Below are positions 27,792 through 38,778 of a stretch of DNA of 64,000 nucleotides, one piece after another. The stretch's first letter is position 1, and every line of letters starts with the position of its first letter. Position numbers and translations under genes: made by a program. The notes below the pieces were generated by a model, which was given only the letters and a program-made list of their open reading frames with translations, searched no databases and had not been told where the DNA came from. This stretch comes from Saccharofermentans sp. (lineage in GTDB: Bacteria > Bacillota > Clostridia > Saccharofermentanales > Saccharofermentanaceae). The stretch covers positions 9,546 to 73,545 of the forward strand of contig JAEFBB010000006.1 of assembly GCA_016292215.1 (NCBI GenBank), written 5' to 3'.

Positions 27792-29198
27792 ATGATGAAG
27801 ACAAATAAAGTTCTTGCTTTGTTGGTGTCGGCAGTCATGGTCATCGGAAGCATTACGGCCTGCGACAAGTCAGGTCAGGATCCTTCAGATACCAGCGATC
27901 CGTCATCTTCAAGCGAGCAGACCGGCACATCAGCTACTGATACGACTGCCGTACCGGAAGACCTTCCGGGCTATGTCGAGAGAACGGTAGCGGATGTAAC
28001 GGACGAAGACAACGGTAAGATCATGATCTACGGTTACAACGCCGAGTTCTCCGCTCTTGCCGAGAAGTATGCCGGCATCACCACCAACGATTACGACTTT
28101 ATCGAGACAACAGACTCGGTTTCTTATCAGGAGAAGCTCGATGCTGTTTTCTCTGACGGCGTTGATGCACCTGACATCTTTACCTGCGATGAGGCATACG
28201 CAAGAAAGTACTTAGCTTCCGACAACACGATCGCTCTGAATGATCTGGGAATCGATTATGCCGAACTTACCAATATGTTCGACTACACTTTGAGATTCGC
28301 GGCAGACGATGACAGTGTTATCAAGGGACTTGCCTGGAAGGCATGCCCTACGGGTATTTTCTATGAGAGATCTCTTGCTGAAGAGTATCTCGGCACGCAG
28401 GATCCTAACCAGCTCGCAGCTTCGTTTGCCACATGGGATGCAGTCCTTGATTCCGCAAGGACAGTCAATGAAGCATCCGAAGGCGATGTTAAGCTTCTTG
28501 CAGGTTATACAGAGACATTTGACGCTTACCTCAGCACACGTGAGGCAGGCTGGATCATGGACGGCACTGTAAACGTAGATCCTAATCTCGAAGGGTTCTT
28601 TGATTTTGCAAAGACCCTCTATCAGGAGGATCTCACATTCCGTGCAGAGAGATGGTCCGGTTCCTGGGAAGACAAGATGTCCAACAAGTCTGTCGTCTCT
28701 TACTGGGGCTCACTCCAGTTCGCTAAATACGAGCTGGCGCTCAATCCCGGCGAAGGCACGGCAGTCAACCCTACCGCAGGTGACTGGGGAATCACAACAG
28801 CTCCCGTAAGCTACTACAGCGGCGGTTCATGGGTAATGGCATCCAAGTACTGCGATAAGAAGGCTACGTCCGCAGACATCATCAGAGCAGTCTGCATCAA
28901 CGAGGACAACCTCAAGGACATGGTCAACAACGGTGAGTTCGTTAACAACATCAAGCTTATGACTTCAGCTGCAGCTGATGACAAGTTCTGCCTTGAATGG
29001 CTTGGCGGCCAGAATCCCTACCCCGTATTGCTAGATTCTGCCAAGAATGCCGATGCATCGAATGTCATCGTTGACGAAGCCGAATACAGCGAAGCCTTCA
29101 TGGCAGTTGTAGGCGCCTACAGCGAGGAATCTTTCGATGAGATCAAGGACGCTCTTGAAGCCTTTGAGGACCAGCTGAGCGAAAAGGGCCTGGTATAG
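27792..29198 (+). CDS. Family-1 carbohydrate ABC substrate-binding lipoprotein
   Basis: Lipobox ITAC, 'APDIF', 'YERSLAEEYLGT', 'GGSW', 'LGGQNP'. Confidence 0.8.
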   Translation: MMKTNKVLALLVSAVMVIGSITACDKSGQDPSDTSDPSSSSEQTGTSATDTTAVPEDLPGYVERTVADVTDEDNGKIMIYGYNAEFSALAEKYAGITTNDYDFIETTDSVSYQEKLDAVFSDGVDAPDIFTCDEAYARKYLASDNTIALNDLGIDYAELTNMFDYTLRFAADDDSVIKGLAWKACPTGIFYERSLAEEYLGTQDPNQLAASFATWDAVLDSARTVNEASEGDVKLLAGYTETFDAYLSTREAGWIMDGTVNVDPNLEGFFDFAKTLYQEDLTFRAERWSGSWEDKMSNKSVVSYWGSLQFAKYELALNPGEGTAVNPTAGDWGITTAPVSYYSGGSWVMASKYCDKKATSADIIRAVCINEDNLKDMVNNGEFVNNIKLMTSAAADDKFCLEWLGGQNPYPVLLDSAKNADASNVIVDEAEYSEAFMAVVGAYSEESFDEIKDALEAFEDQLSEKGLV

Positions 29199-29222
29199 TT
29201 TTCAGGTACAACTAAAAGCACT

Positions 29223-29253
29223 AAGGACCATCTCGTAAGAGGTGGTCCTTTTT
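29223..29253 (+). terminator. Intrinsic terminator
   Basis: AAGGACCATCTC-GTAA-GAGGTGGTCCTT-TTT. Confidence 0.75.
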
Positions 29254-29405
29254 AGCATTTTGGGTATCAAATGCCTAAAAACTATTTTGTGCCTCAAATT
29301 TACGACATAAAACATAGAATGTTCATATGTACTTTGTTTAAAATACTTTTGGCACAGTTTATAATATTCGGGTCTTTTAATATTTTTCTCACGGAGGCAT
29401 AACAC

Positions 29406-31895
29406 ATGAAATTCGGGTATTTCGATGACTCACGAAAAGAATACGTCATTAACACTCCCAGGACCCCTTATCCTTGGATCAACTATCTGGGCAATCAGGG
29501 CTTTTTCTCCTTGATCTCCAACACAGCAGGCGGCTACAGCTTCTACATGGATGCAAGGCTCAGAAGAATCACACGTTACCGTTACAACAACGTTCCGCTT
29601 GATATGGGCGGCCGTTATTTCTACATCAATGACAACGGCACGATCTGGAATCCCGGATGGTCTCCCGTTAAGACAGACCTCGATGAGTATGAGTGCCGCC
29701 ACGGTATGGGCTACACCATCATCAAGGGTAAGAAGAACGGTCTTAAGGCTGAAGTCACATTCTTCGTTCCCCAGAATTATGACGGCGAAGTACAGCAGGT
29801 AGTTCTCACAAACGACAGCGCAGAAGCTAAGGAATTCTCCTTCTTCTCCATCGCTGAATGGTGCCTTTGGGATGCTCAGGATGACTGCACAAACTTCCAG
29901 AGAAACTTCTCCACAGGCCGTGTAGAGATCGAAGGCTCTACTATCTATCACGTAACAGAATACAGAGACAGACGTAATCACTACGCTTTCTATACAGTAA
30001 ACGACGAGATCGACGGTTACGATACAGACCGTGATGCTTTCTTGGGAAGCATCTACAACGGCTGGGATAACCCTGAGACAGTTAAGGCAGGCAAGGCTTC
30101 CGATTCCTTCGCTGACGGCTGGTCTCCCGTTGCTTCACACTACAAGAAGATCACACTCGCACCCGGCGAGTCCAAGACATTGATCTTTATCTTAGGTTAT
30201 GCCGAGAATCCCCAGGACAAGAAGTTCGCAGCAGAGAAGCCTGAGGGCCTCCTCACAAGAGAGAAGTGGGTGCTCAATAAGGAAAAGGCTTATGCAATGA
30301 TCGACAAGTACAACACACCTGAGAAGGTTGCTGCAGGTCTTGCAGAGCTTAAGGACACATGGGATAAGCTCCTGTCGATCTTCAAGGTCGATACACCTGA
30401 TGACAAGGTCAACCGCATGGTCAACATCTGGAACCAGTATCAGTGCATGGTCACATTCAACCTCTCACGTTCTGCTTCCTACTTCGAATCCGGAATCGGC
30501 AGAGGCATGGGCTTCAGAGATTCCAACCAGGATATCCTCGGCTTCGTTCACCAGATCCCCGAGCGTGCAAGAGAAAGACTCATCGATATCGCTTCCACAC
30601 AGCTTTCTGACGGCGGATGCTATCACCAGTACCAGCCTCTCACAAAGAAGGGTAATGCAGATATCGGCGGCGACTTCTCCGATGACCCGCTCTGGATGAT
30701 CCTTTCTGTTGCTGCTTACATCAAGGAGACAGGCGACTGGTCCATCCTCGATGCTAACGTTCCTTTCGATGACGATCCGGAAGGCAAGCACACAATGCTC
30801 GAGCACCTCGATGTTTCTTTCTATCACATCGTTAATAACCTCGGACCTCACGGACTGCCTCTCGCAATGCGTGCTGACTGGAATGACTGCATCAACCTGT
30901 CATGCTTCTCAGACACACCCGGTGAGTCTTTCCAGACATACACCAACCCTAAGTTCAAGGCAGAGGGCGGCTACTCCAAGATCGCCGAATCTGTATTCGT
31001 TGCAGCTCTCTTCACATACACAGGTCCTGCTTATGTAGGCATCTTAGAGCACCTGGGCAAGGCTGATGAAGCAGCAAAGGCTCAGGCTGAGATCGACAAG
31101 ATGAAGAAGAATACCATGGAGTCCGCATTCGACGGCGACTGGTTCCTCAGAGCTTACGACGCTAACGGCGAGAAGATGGGCTCCAAGGAATGCGAAGAGG
31201 GTAAGATCTTCATCGAGCCCCAGGGCTTCGCAGTCATGTCTGAGATCGGTAAGGAAGAGGGAGCTGACATCAAGACTCTCAACGCCATCGACAAGTATCT
31301 CAACTGCGAGTACGGCTTGGTTCTCAACAATCCTGCATTCACCAAGTACTATATTCAGTACGGTGAGATCTCCACATATCCGGGCGGATACAAGGAGAAC
31401 GCAGGTATCTTCACACACAACAACGCATGGATCATCTGCGCTGAGGCTTATGCGGGCAGAGGCGAAAAGGCTTTCGAGTACTACTCAAAGATCGCTCCTG
31501 CTTTCACGGAAGAGACATCAGATATCCATAAGACAGAGCCTTACGTTTACGGTCAGATGATCGGCGGTAAGGACGCTAAGAACTTCGGTCAGGGCAAGAA
31601 CTCCTGGCTCACAGGTACGGCTGCTTGGAACATGGTAGCTATCTCCCAGTACATCCTCGGCGTTAAGCCTGAGTTTGACGGCCTGAGAGTAGATCCTTCC
31701 ATCCCTGCGGCTTGGGACGGCTTCACGGCTACACGTCAGTTCAGAGGCGACACATACGAGATCACGATCAAGAATCCCGATCACGTTAACAAGGGTGTCA
31801 AGAAGCTTACTGTTGACGGCGTTGATGTCGAAGGCTGCATCGTTCCTGTAGCAGGCGACGGCAATACTCACAAGGTTGAGGTGCTGTTGGGCTGA
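29406..31895 (+). CDS. cbp: Cellobiose phosphorylase (GH94)
   Basis: '[13 protein letters not shown]', 'PWINYLG', '[12 protein letters not shown]', 'ADWNDC', '[11 protein letters not shown]'. Confidence 0.88.
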   Translation: MKFGYFDDSRKEYVINTPRTPYPWINYLGNQGFFSLISNTAGGYSFYMDARLRRITRYRYNNVPLDMGGRYFYINDNGTIWNPGWSPVKTDLDEYECRHGMGYTIIKGKKNGLKAEVTFFVPQNYDGEVQQVVLTNDSAEAKEFSFFSIAEWCLWDAQDDCTNFQRNFSTGRVEIEGSTIYHVTEYRDRRNHYAFYTVNDEIDGYDTDRDAFLGSIYNGWDNPETVKAGKASDSFADGWSPVASHYKKITLAPGESKTLIFILGYAENPQDKKFAAEKPEGLLTREKWVLNKEKAYAMIDKYNTPEKVAAGLAELKDTWDKLLSIFKVDTPDDKVNRMVNIWNQYQCMVTFNLSRSASYFESGIGRGMGFRDSNQDILGFVHQIPERARERLIDIASTQLSDGGCYHQYQPLTKKGNADIGGDFSDDPLWMILSVAAYIKETGDWSILDANVPFDDDPEGKHTMLEHLDVSFYHIVNNLGPHGLPLAMRADWNDCINLSCFSDTPGESFQTYTNPKFKAEGGYSKIAESVFVAALFTYTGPAYVGILEHLGKADEAAKAQAEIDKMKKNTMESAFDGDWFLRAYDANGEKMGSKECEEGKIFIEPQGFAVMSEIGKEEGADIKTLNAIDKYLNCEYGLVLNNPAFTKYYIQYGEISTYPGGYKENAGIFTHNNAWIICAEAYAGRGEKAFEYYSKIAPAFTEETSDIHKTEPYVYGQMIGGKDAKNFGQGKNSWLTGTAAWNMVAISQYILGVKPEFDGLRVDPSIPAAWDGFTATRQFRGDTYEITIKNPDHVNKGVKKLTVDGVDVEGCIVPVAGDGNTHKVEVLLG

Positions 31896-31929
31896 GTTCT
31901 GACCCCGACAGGTTAATTAAGTAAGTTTT

Positions 31930-31969
31930 GCAAGACCCCGTGTGTTTTTGGACCCCCGGGGTTCCTTGC
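31930..31969 (+). other. Intergenic GC-rich stem-loop without U-tract
   Basis: GCAAG-ACCCCG...CGGGGT-TC-CTTGC between the two GH94 genes. Confidence 0.55.
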
Positions 31970-32014
31970 TGAAATAAAGACAGTAATAAAATTCAATTCT
32001 CATGGAGGATCAAC

Positions 32015-35005
32015 ATGGGTTACATCGGTGAAAAAGCAAGAGGCGAAAGACTTCCGGCAAAGGAACTTCTCATTGACAAGTTCGGCGATACTATCGTTAA
32101 CGGAGGCATATCCGCGCAGTATGTGCGCTTCGGAAAAGCACCTGTTGTTATCGGCGTATCAGGCTTAAGATTCGACAGCATGGCAGTAAATCTGCTTGCT
32201 TCTGACGACATCATTTTCGAGCAGTTCTCTAAGACTGTTAACGAGGGATACAGCATCCTTCTTGTCAAGTGCGATGACGGCGTCAAGGACCTCGTCGAGA
32301 AGGACGGTCTTGTTAAGGACGCAGGCTTCAGTGCAGCCATCCTCGACAGATGTGCCGAGCTTATCAACGGTACGGATTCATGGGGCGGAAAGCTTGCCAC
32401 GAACGGCGAGCTTATGTGTGATCCTTCCACTCCTTCACCCGGACCTCACTACTACACAAACATGCTGATCGGTAACAGGATCGGCTTTGACTATCCTCTG
32501 CAGTCCACACCTAAGAGTGCGGTCGACCGTTTGGGCGGCGGCTCTTTCAGATCCCACGCAGACACACAGGTCCTCGCTACAAGATGGGACTATCTGCCTG
32601 AAGAGAACGGATTCCCTGCAAACCGTCAGTTCTACCTCGTAGAAAACGGCAAGCAGATCTTCTGGTCAGGAGCTGCTATTGCCGACGGCCTCAAGAAGGT
32701 CTTCACGATCCACTCACAGAACAGGACCATCATCAACTATGAGCTCGAGTGCGGACTCAAGATCAAGAGAACTATCTTCATCGTTCCCCAGAGAGAAGGT
32801 CTCCCTGTCGCTGCTGAGGCACAGCTCATCGATATCGAGAACACTTCAGCTGAAGATAAGGATTTGAGACTCGTCGTAACAGGCATGTTCGGAACACATG
32901 AGACACACGCTCTTTCCGAGGACGTTATCTTCTCCACCGTAGTTGCAGAGTCCAATGTCTTCTTCAATGAGGACAACGAGATCCGCGCGATCAGCTTTGA
33001 CCCGAACCCCAAGTGGACAAAGAATGAGATCAGGTTCAATGCGACAGTCGTACACACCGATGACGGCGATTTCTTCCCTGACCAGTACAGCGCAAGATAC
33101 AGTGATTTCGCAGGCTCCGGAAGCCTCGAAAAGCCTGAGTTTATCTATCCTCTTTCATCCAAGCCTTCGAGAAAGGGCCCGGGCTTCTTTGCCACATCAA
33201 TACCTTTTTCCGTCAAGGCAGGTGCATCAGTTAGAGCAGACAGCGTTACATGTCTTTCTTCCGACTGCGTTAACGATAAGTACGTACCTGACGAGACTCC
33301 CGCAAAGGAGATCGAGGCAGTCGTAAACTACATCTCTGACCGCGCTAATCTTACGAAGGACCTTCAGGATGTTATCGACTTCACAGAGAAGTATGCCGGC
33401 TACATGAAGATAAATCACGAAGACAAGGACTTCGAAGCATACGTTAACAACAACCTTCCTTTCCAGGTCTTCTATCAGACATTCGTCTCAAGATCTTTGG
33501 ACTGGACACAGAAGGGTTACCGTGAGATCGGCTTCAGAGAGATCCAGGATATCTTCGCTTCCATGTACTATTTCGCAGGCATGGGAAGAACAGACTTCGT
33601 TAAGGAGATGCTCGCAGGCTGGATCGAGAACGTCTATGAAGACGGATATACAAACCACAATTTCTACTGGATCGGTAAAGAGCCCGGCTGGTGGTCTGAT
33701 GACGGACTCTGGCTCCTGCAGGCTCTCGACAGATACCTTGGCCTTACAGGCGATTATGCGTTCCTCGATGAGGAGTTCGTAATGGCAGGCACCAAGGTCA
33801 AGAAGACCGATGCAGGCGTTAAGAGAAAGCTTAAGGATACTATCAAGGCGATCATCACATACAGCGGCAAGATCTCCGTTGGTAAGCACGGCATTCCTTT
33901 GATCGACCGTGCCGACTGGAACGACTGCTTAAGAGTCGATCCCGACTGTATCTCCGGCAAGGATAAGATCGCTAAATACCAGGAGCAGCTCGCAGCAAGC
34001 GGCAAGGCATACGGCGAAGAGCCTTTCGATTCTGAGTATTCCGAGTCAGTCATGAACGGATTCCTTCTTAAGGTTGCCGTAGACTGTGCTGAGACCATGT
34101 TCAAGAACATCGGAGATGCTGCATCTGCTGACGAGATGAAGGCTATGTCTGACAAGCTCGCAGTAACGCTCCGCGAGAACTGCTGGAAAGATGACTTCTA
34201 CTGCAGAGTCCTCTTTAACAGAAGCAATAAGCCTGAGATCAAGTATCTCGGAGCTTCGGGCGACGGACTTGCAGTCGAGGCAGGACACCCCGGCGCATAC
34301 TTCCTCAACAGCTTCTCATGGTCACTTCTTGCAGGTGTCGCATCAGAAGAAGAGATCTCCAAGATGCTCGACTCTCTCGATAAGTACCTGAAGACACCTT
34401 ACGGCTTCAGACTCTGCTCGACAGTAGACTATCCTAAGATCGCTCCCAAGATCGACGTTGCCCTCTACTATCCGGGCGACCGTGAGAACGGCGGCGTATT
34501 TAAGCACGCAAACATGATGGCATGCTCTGCCATGCTCAAGGCTGCAAAGAGCGTCAACGACAAGGAGCTCGCTGCAAGGCTTTCTGACACAGCTTACTGG
34601 ATCATCGACAAGATCCTTCCTTATACGACAATGAAGTCACCTTTCGTTACATGCGGAAACCCGAGATGGTGCACACAGTACAACAACAGCGAATCAGGCG
34701 AGAACATCGGACCTACATTGTCCGGTACTTCCACATGGCTCCTCTTGTCGCTCTTCCAGTGCTTCGGCGTTGAGTTTACGAGCGAAGGACTGAGAGTAGA
34801 GCCTATTCTCAGAAAGAATGAGACGAAGCTTGACGTTAAGGTATCCATCTCCGGAACAAACTATGACATCCACATCAAGAAGCCTGAAGGTTTCAACCGT
34901 TCCAAGGAAGGAATCAAGGTAAGTCTTGATGGAGAGGCAGTAGAAGGCACGCTCCTTCCTGTCGCAACAGACGGCAAAACACACGAGGTTGAGGTAGAAT
35001 TCTGA
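32015..35005 (+). CDS. cdp: Cellodextrin phosphorylase (GH94, long form)
   Basis: 'QKGYREIGFREIQD', 'DRADWNDCL', 'GDRENGGVFKHA', N-terminal extension, 996 aa. Confidence 0.82.
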   Translation: MGYIGEKARGERLPAKELLIDKFGDTIVNGGISAQYVRFGKAPVVIGVSGLRFDSMAVNLLASDDIIFEQFSKTVNEGYSILLVKCDDGVKDLVEKDGLVKDAGFSAAILDRCAELINGTDSWGGKLATNGELMCDPSTPSPGPHYYTNMLIGNRIGFDYPLQSTPKSAVDRLGGGSFRSHADTQVLATRWDYLPEENGFPANRQFYLVENGKQIFWSGAAIADGLKKVFTIHSQNRTIINYELECGLKIKRTIFIVPQREGLPVAAEAQLIDIENTSAEDKDLRLVVTGMFGTHETHALSEDVIFSTVVAESNVFFNEDNEIRAISFDPNPKWTKNEIRFNATVVHTDDGDFFPDQYSARYSDFAGSGSLEKPEFIYPLSSKPSRKGPGFFATSIPFSVKAGASVRADSVTCLSSDCVNDKYVPDETPAKEIEAVVNYISDRANLTKDLQDVIDFTEKYAGYMKINHEDKDFEAYVNNNLPFQVFYQTFVSRSLDWTQKGYREIGFREIQDIFASMYYFAGMGRTDFVKEMLAGWIENVYEDGYTNHNFYWIGKEPGWWSDDGLWLLQALDRYLGLTGDYAFLDEEFVMAGTKVKKTDAGVKRKLKDTIKAIITYSGKISVGKHGIPLIDRADWNDCLRVDPDCISGKDKIAKYQEQLAASGKAYGEEPFDSEYSESVMNGFLLKVAVDCAETMFKNIGDAASADEMKAMSDKLAVTLRENCWKDDFYCRVLFNRSNKPEIKYLGASGDGLAVEAGHPGAYFLNSFSWSLLAGVASEEEISKMLDSLDKYLKTPYGFRLCSTVDYPKIAPKIDVALYYPGDRENGGVFKHANMMACSAMLKAAKSVNDKELAARLSDTAYWIIDKILPYTTMKSPFVTCGNPRWCTQYNNSESGENIGPTLSGTSTWLLLSLFQCFGVEFTSEGLRVEPILRKNETKLDVKVSISGTNYDIHIKKPEGFNRSKEGIKVSLDGEAVEGTLLPVATDGKTHEVEVEF

Positions 35006-35036
35006 TCAGCAGGGGATATAAGGAGGAATTGAATCA

Positions 35037-35969
35037 ATGCCTTTTTCGAGTGTATTTTTATCGGAGATCGTCAAAGCGTATAACCTGGAAGTCGTATACG
35101 ATTCAGGCGATATCGAATCGCGCAGGATATGCGTAGCGGACGTTACAAGACCCGGCCTGCAGCTTGCGGGCTACTACGATCACTTCGGTCCTGACCGTAT
35201 CCAGGTGATCGGCAACATGGAGCACGCTTACCTGGACAATCTCTCTCCCGAAGAGAGAGCCAAGTCCGTATCCGCGCTCTTCGAAAAGAATATTCCTGCG
35301 CTCATCGTCACCCGTGACCATAAGGTCCACAAGGAGATCTTAGACAGCGCAAGAAAGTACCAGACTCCGGTATTGAGGACATCCCAGGCTACTTCGGATT
35401 TCTCATCCGAGCTTGTTAAGTACCTCAAAATGGAGCTTGCTCCGCGTGTATCAATGCACGGCGTTCTTGTCGAAGTAAACGGTGAAGGTATCCTTATCTT
35501 AGGCGAGTCAGGCGTAGGTAAATCAGAGACCGCGCTCGAGATCGTTAAGAGAGGTCACAGACTTATCGCCGACGACCAGATCGAGATCCGCAAAGTGTCC
35601 GAGACGACATTATTGGGAAGAGCTCCCGATGTCATCAAGCACCTCATCGAGATCCGCGGTATCGGTATCTTAGACGTTAAGGAGCTCTACGGTGTATCTG
35701 CCGTTAAGCAGCAGGAAAATATCGACTTCGTTATCAACCTGGAGCTCTGGGATGAGAAGAAGACTTATGACAGATTAGGTCTTACCGAAGAGACGACGGA
35801 TATCTTAGGCATCCAGGTGCCTTCAGTTACGATCCCCGTAGGACCCGGACGTAACCTCGCGATCATCGTTGAGGCTGCTGCGATCAACTACAGAGTCAAG
35901 AAGATGGGCTACAATGCAGCCCAGGATCTCGTATCGAGAGTCTTCCCCGGGAAGTCTTTAGATGCCTGA
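35037..35969 (+). CDS. hprK: HPr kinase/phosphorylase
   Basis: 'RPGLQLAG', GESGVGKSETAL, 'LIADD', 'IEIRGIG', 'PGRNLA'. Confidence 0.95.
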   Translation: MPFSSVFLSEIVKAYNLEVVYDSGDIESRRICVADVTRPGLQLAGYYDHFGPDRIQVIGNMEHAYLDNLSPEERAKSVSALFEKNIPALIVTRDHKVHKEILDSARKYQTPVLRTSQATSDFSSELVKYLKMELAPRVSMHGVLVEVNGEGILILGESGVGKSETALEIVKRGHRLIADDQIEIRKVSETTLLGRAPDVIKHLIEIRGIGILDVKELYGVSAVKQQENIDFVINLELWDEKKTYDRLGLTEETTDILGIQVPSVTIPVGPGRNLAIIVEAAAINYRVKKMGYNAAQDLVSRVFPGKSLDA

Positions 35970-36879
35970 TAACGGTATTCAGCAAAACGTTCCGCTTGCG
36001 GGATATTCAACCTTCAGATGCGGCGGCCCTGCCAGGTTTTTTGCAGAGCCCTCTGACGGCCATGAAGTGGCATGGCTCTTTGACTGGGCGTGCGACAAGA
36101 ATCTGAATGTATTTGTCCTTGGCAACGGCTCCAACTGCCTTATCTCCGATGAAGGATTTGACGGTCTTGTAATAAGGATCGGCAAGAACATGGGCAAGCT
36201 CACATCAGAAGAGCTCGAAGACGGCAGGGTATTGGTCACTGCAGGCGCAGGACTGTCTTACGCAAGGTTTGGCAACTACTGTGTTGAGCAGTCGCTTACG
36301 GGTGCAGAGTTTGCATGCGGCATTCCCGGTTCCTGCGGTGGCGCCGTATTCATGAATGCAGGCGCGTACGGCGGTGAGACAAAGGATTTTATTTCCAAGG
36401 TAACTTATTGGAATGGTGAACAGATCCTTACCATAGACGGCAGCCGGTGTGAGTTCGGCTACAGGACGAGCCTTTTCGAGAAGCTTAATTCGGAAGGAAA
36501 GACTGCTGTTATCCTGGAGATGCAGGCAATTCTTTCTAAAGGTAATAAGGAAGATATAGTGGCGCTGACAGACGATCTCCGCGCGAGAAGGACTGCGAGC
36601 CAGCCTCTGGATGTTCCTTCAGCAGGATCTACCTTTAAGAGACCTGAAGGATATTTCGCGGCCAAGCTCATCGAGGAAGCGGGACTCAAGGGTTTTGCCC
36701 TTGATGATTCGGGCGCGCAGGTGTCGCCTAAGCATGCGGGTTTTGTAGTAAATAACGGAGGCAGGGCAAAGGCTTCCGATGTCATGAGACTTATAGATTA
36801 TGTGGTGGAAAAAGTTTATGAGAGCTCTGGTGTAAAGCTCGAAAAAGAAGTACGGCTGGTGGGTAACTTCGGAGGATAA
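35962..36879 (+). CDS. murB: UDP-N-acetylmuramate dehydrogenase
   Basis: 'GNGSN', 'GIPGSCGGAVFMNAGAYG', 'PSAGSTFKRP', 'KHAGF'. Confidence 0.95.
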   Translation: MPDNGIQQNVPLAGYSTFRCGGPARFFAEPSDGHEVAWLFDWACDKNLNVFVLGNGSNCLISDEGFDGLVIRIGKNMGKLTSEELEDGRVLVTAGAGLSYARFGNYCVEQSLTGAEFACGIPGSCGGAVFMNAGAYGGETKDFISKVTYWNGEQILTIDGSRCEFGYRTSLFEKLNSEGKTAVILEMQAILSKGNKEDIVALTDDLRARRTASQPLDVPSAGSTFKRPEGYFAAKLIEEAGLKGFALDDSGAQVSPKHAGFVVNNGGRAKASDVMRLIDYVVEKVYESSGVKLEKEVRLVGNFGG

Positions 36880-36882
36880 GTT

Positions 36883-37788
36883 ATGGAAATCTTATTTCTG
36901 ACGGGAATGAGCGGCGCCGGAAAAAGTGCCGCGGTGAGGTATTTGGAAGACTGCGGATATTTCTGCATGGACAATGTGCCGCCTTATGTTCTTCCTGACC
37001 TTGTAAAGAGCTTTTACAGGGGAAGGAGCGGCGAAGGCTTCAGTACGCCCAAGCTGGCGTTCGTAGTCGATGTCAGATCACAGGAATATCTCGACGGCTT
37101 TGATGAAGCGCTTGCCGAGATCGATGAGGAAGTAGGATGCCCTTATAAAGTCTTGTTCCTTGAAGCATCCGATCCGGTCCTTATCAGCAGATACCAGCAG
37201 ACGAGAAGAAAGCATCCGCTCGCCAAGAAGAAGGGCTCTCTTACGGAGGCGCTTTCCGAAGAGCGCAAGATGCTCGAGAACATAAGGGGCATCGCGACGG
37301 TCGTCATCGACACATCCCTTATGACCGATTCCGAGCTTTGCAATGCGATAGGAGAGATCATCAAGAGTGAGGAAAGCCAGAGCATTCTCGTAGTAGTGGA
37401 ATCCTTCGGATTTAAGTACGGTCTGCCCGTCGACTGCGATTATGTATTTGACGTAAGATTCCTTCCTAACCCTTTCTATCTTCTCCCGCTCCGTAACCTG
37501 ACGGGTAAGGATGAGGAGATCGCGAAATACCTTGAGGGCTTCAGTGAGACGGCCGAATTTAATTATATGGTCTCTGAGCTTTTAGCTTATGTAATTCCTT
37601 ATTATCAGAAGGAAGGAAAGGGCAGTGTCCACATCGGCATCGGCTGCACGGGCGGAAGACACAGATCCGTTTACTGCACAGAGACTGTCGCAAAGATGCT
37701 CGCCGAACGCGGCATAAAGTGCATTACCAATCACAGGGACGTGGATAAAGAGCCTCACAGATATACCAGGAAGGCGGAAGACTCCTGA
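36883..37788 (+). CDS. rapZ: RNase adapter RapZ/YvcJ
   Basis: TGMSGAGKS, 'SFGFKYG', 'DVRFLPNPF', 'GCTGGRHRSV'. Confidence 0.93.
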   Translation: MEILFLTGMSGAGKSAAVRYLEDCGYFCMDNVPPYVLPDLVKSFYRGRSGEGFSTPKLAFVVDVRSQEYLDGFDEALAEIDEEVGCPYKVLFLEASDPVLISRYQQTRRKHPLAKKKGSLTEALSEERKMLENIRGIATVVIDTSLMTDSELCNAIGEIIKSEESQSILVVVESFGFKYGLPVDCDYVFDVRFLPNPFYLLPLRNLTGKDEEIAKYLEGFSETAEFNYMVSELLAYVIPYYQKEGKGSVHIGIGCTGGRHRSVYCTETVAKMLAERGIKCITNHRDVDKEPHRYTRKAEDS

Positions 37789-38648
37789 TGGAAGACAGCT
37801 TCTCCGTAAGGGTTAAGATCGAGACTGCGACCAATGCCGTAAAAAAACCGGTGCAGCGTCAGACTGCATTAAGCGGTCTTATCCTGAGCGCGACAGGCGG
37901 TGACATGACAGTCCCTGCCAAAGAGATAAAGATCCCCGGAAGGCTTTCTGAGCTTATAGTCCAGCTTTTCGGGAAAGAGGGCATAGACTGCAGTTATTCC
38001 AAAGGAAAGATCTCTTTGGGCGACATAACGCCCACTGCTCTCTGGGGCAGATGCAAAGAGCTTTTGTCGGGCATTGATTCGCTTTCTGTCGAAGACGCCA
38101 GACGCCTTTTGAGAGGCGCATTCTGGAGCTCGGGATACTGCTCCGATCCGGTCAAGAGCTACCGCATTGAGTTCATCGTACAGGACAAGAAAGCGTCAGA
38201 TGTCATATCTTCAGCGCTTAACGCTCTCTCGATAAAACATATCCGCGCAGAGCGCAAAGATTCTTTTGCCGTTTACTTCAAGAACGGCGATGACGTATCC
38301 GATTTTCTGAGCTACATAGGAAGTCCTTCGGCGATGATGGAATTCGAGAATATCCGCGCGGGAAAAGACGTCAACAGCAAGGTCACCAGAGCCGTCAACT
38401 GCGATGAAGGCAACACCAAGCGCCAGGCTGAAGCAGCTGCTGCCAGAAACGAGCTGATCGCCAAAGTCATGACGTCCGGAAAGGCAAATAAGCTCGCTCC
38501 CGAGCTGAGGGAAGCAGCAAGGGCACATATGGAAAATCCGGGCGCTTCGCTGGCGGAATTAGGTGCCATGATGGATCCGCCGATCGGCAAATCCGGCATG
38601 AGACACCGCCTTGATAAGATCGCAGAATTCGCGAAAAGTCTGCAGTAA
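37788..38648 (+). CDS. whiA: DNA-binding protein WhiA
   Basis: 'LRGAF..SG..SDP...Y..EF', 'RAVNCDEGN', 'GKSGMRHRL'; position after rapZ. Confidence 0.88.
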   Translation: MEDSFSVRVKIETATNAVKKPVQRQTALSGLILSATGGDMTVPAKEIKIPGRLSELIVQLFGKEGIDCSYSKGKISLGDITPTALWGRCKELLSGIDSLSVEDARRLLRGAFWSSGYCSDPVKSYRIEFIVQDKKASDVISSALNALSIKHIRAERKDSFAVYFKNGDDVSDFLSYIGSPSAMMEFENIRAGKDVNSKVTRAVNCDEGNTKRQAEAAAARNELIAKVMTSGKANKLAPELREAARAHMENPGASLAELGAMMDPPIGKSGMRHRLDKIAEFAKSLQ

Positions 38649-38703
38649 TTATCAAAAATCCCTTATTTTATACGGCTTCCGGCCTCTAAAAACCCCGAAA
38701 AAT

Positions 38704-38732
38704 TTGAGTTAACATTACGGGCGTGTTACAAT
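38704..38732 (+). promoter_or_regulatory. Sigma-A promoter
   Basis: TTGAGT-17nt-TACAAT with extended TG. Confidence 0.55.
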
Positions 38733-38778
38733 ATGCGTTAACTTTTTGCAAAAGGAACAAAGTAGAGGGGTTTTATTG

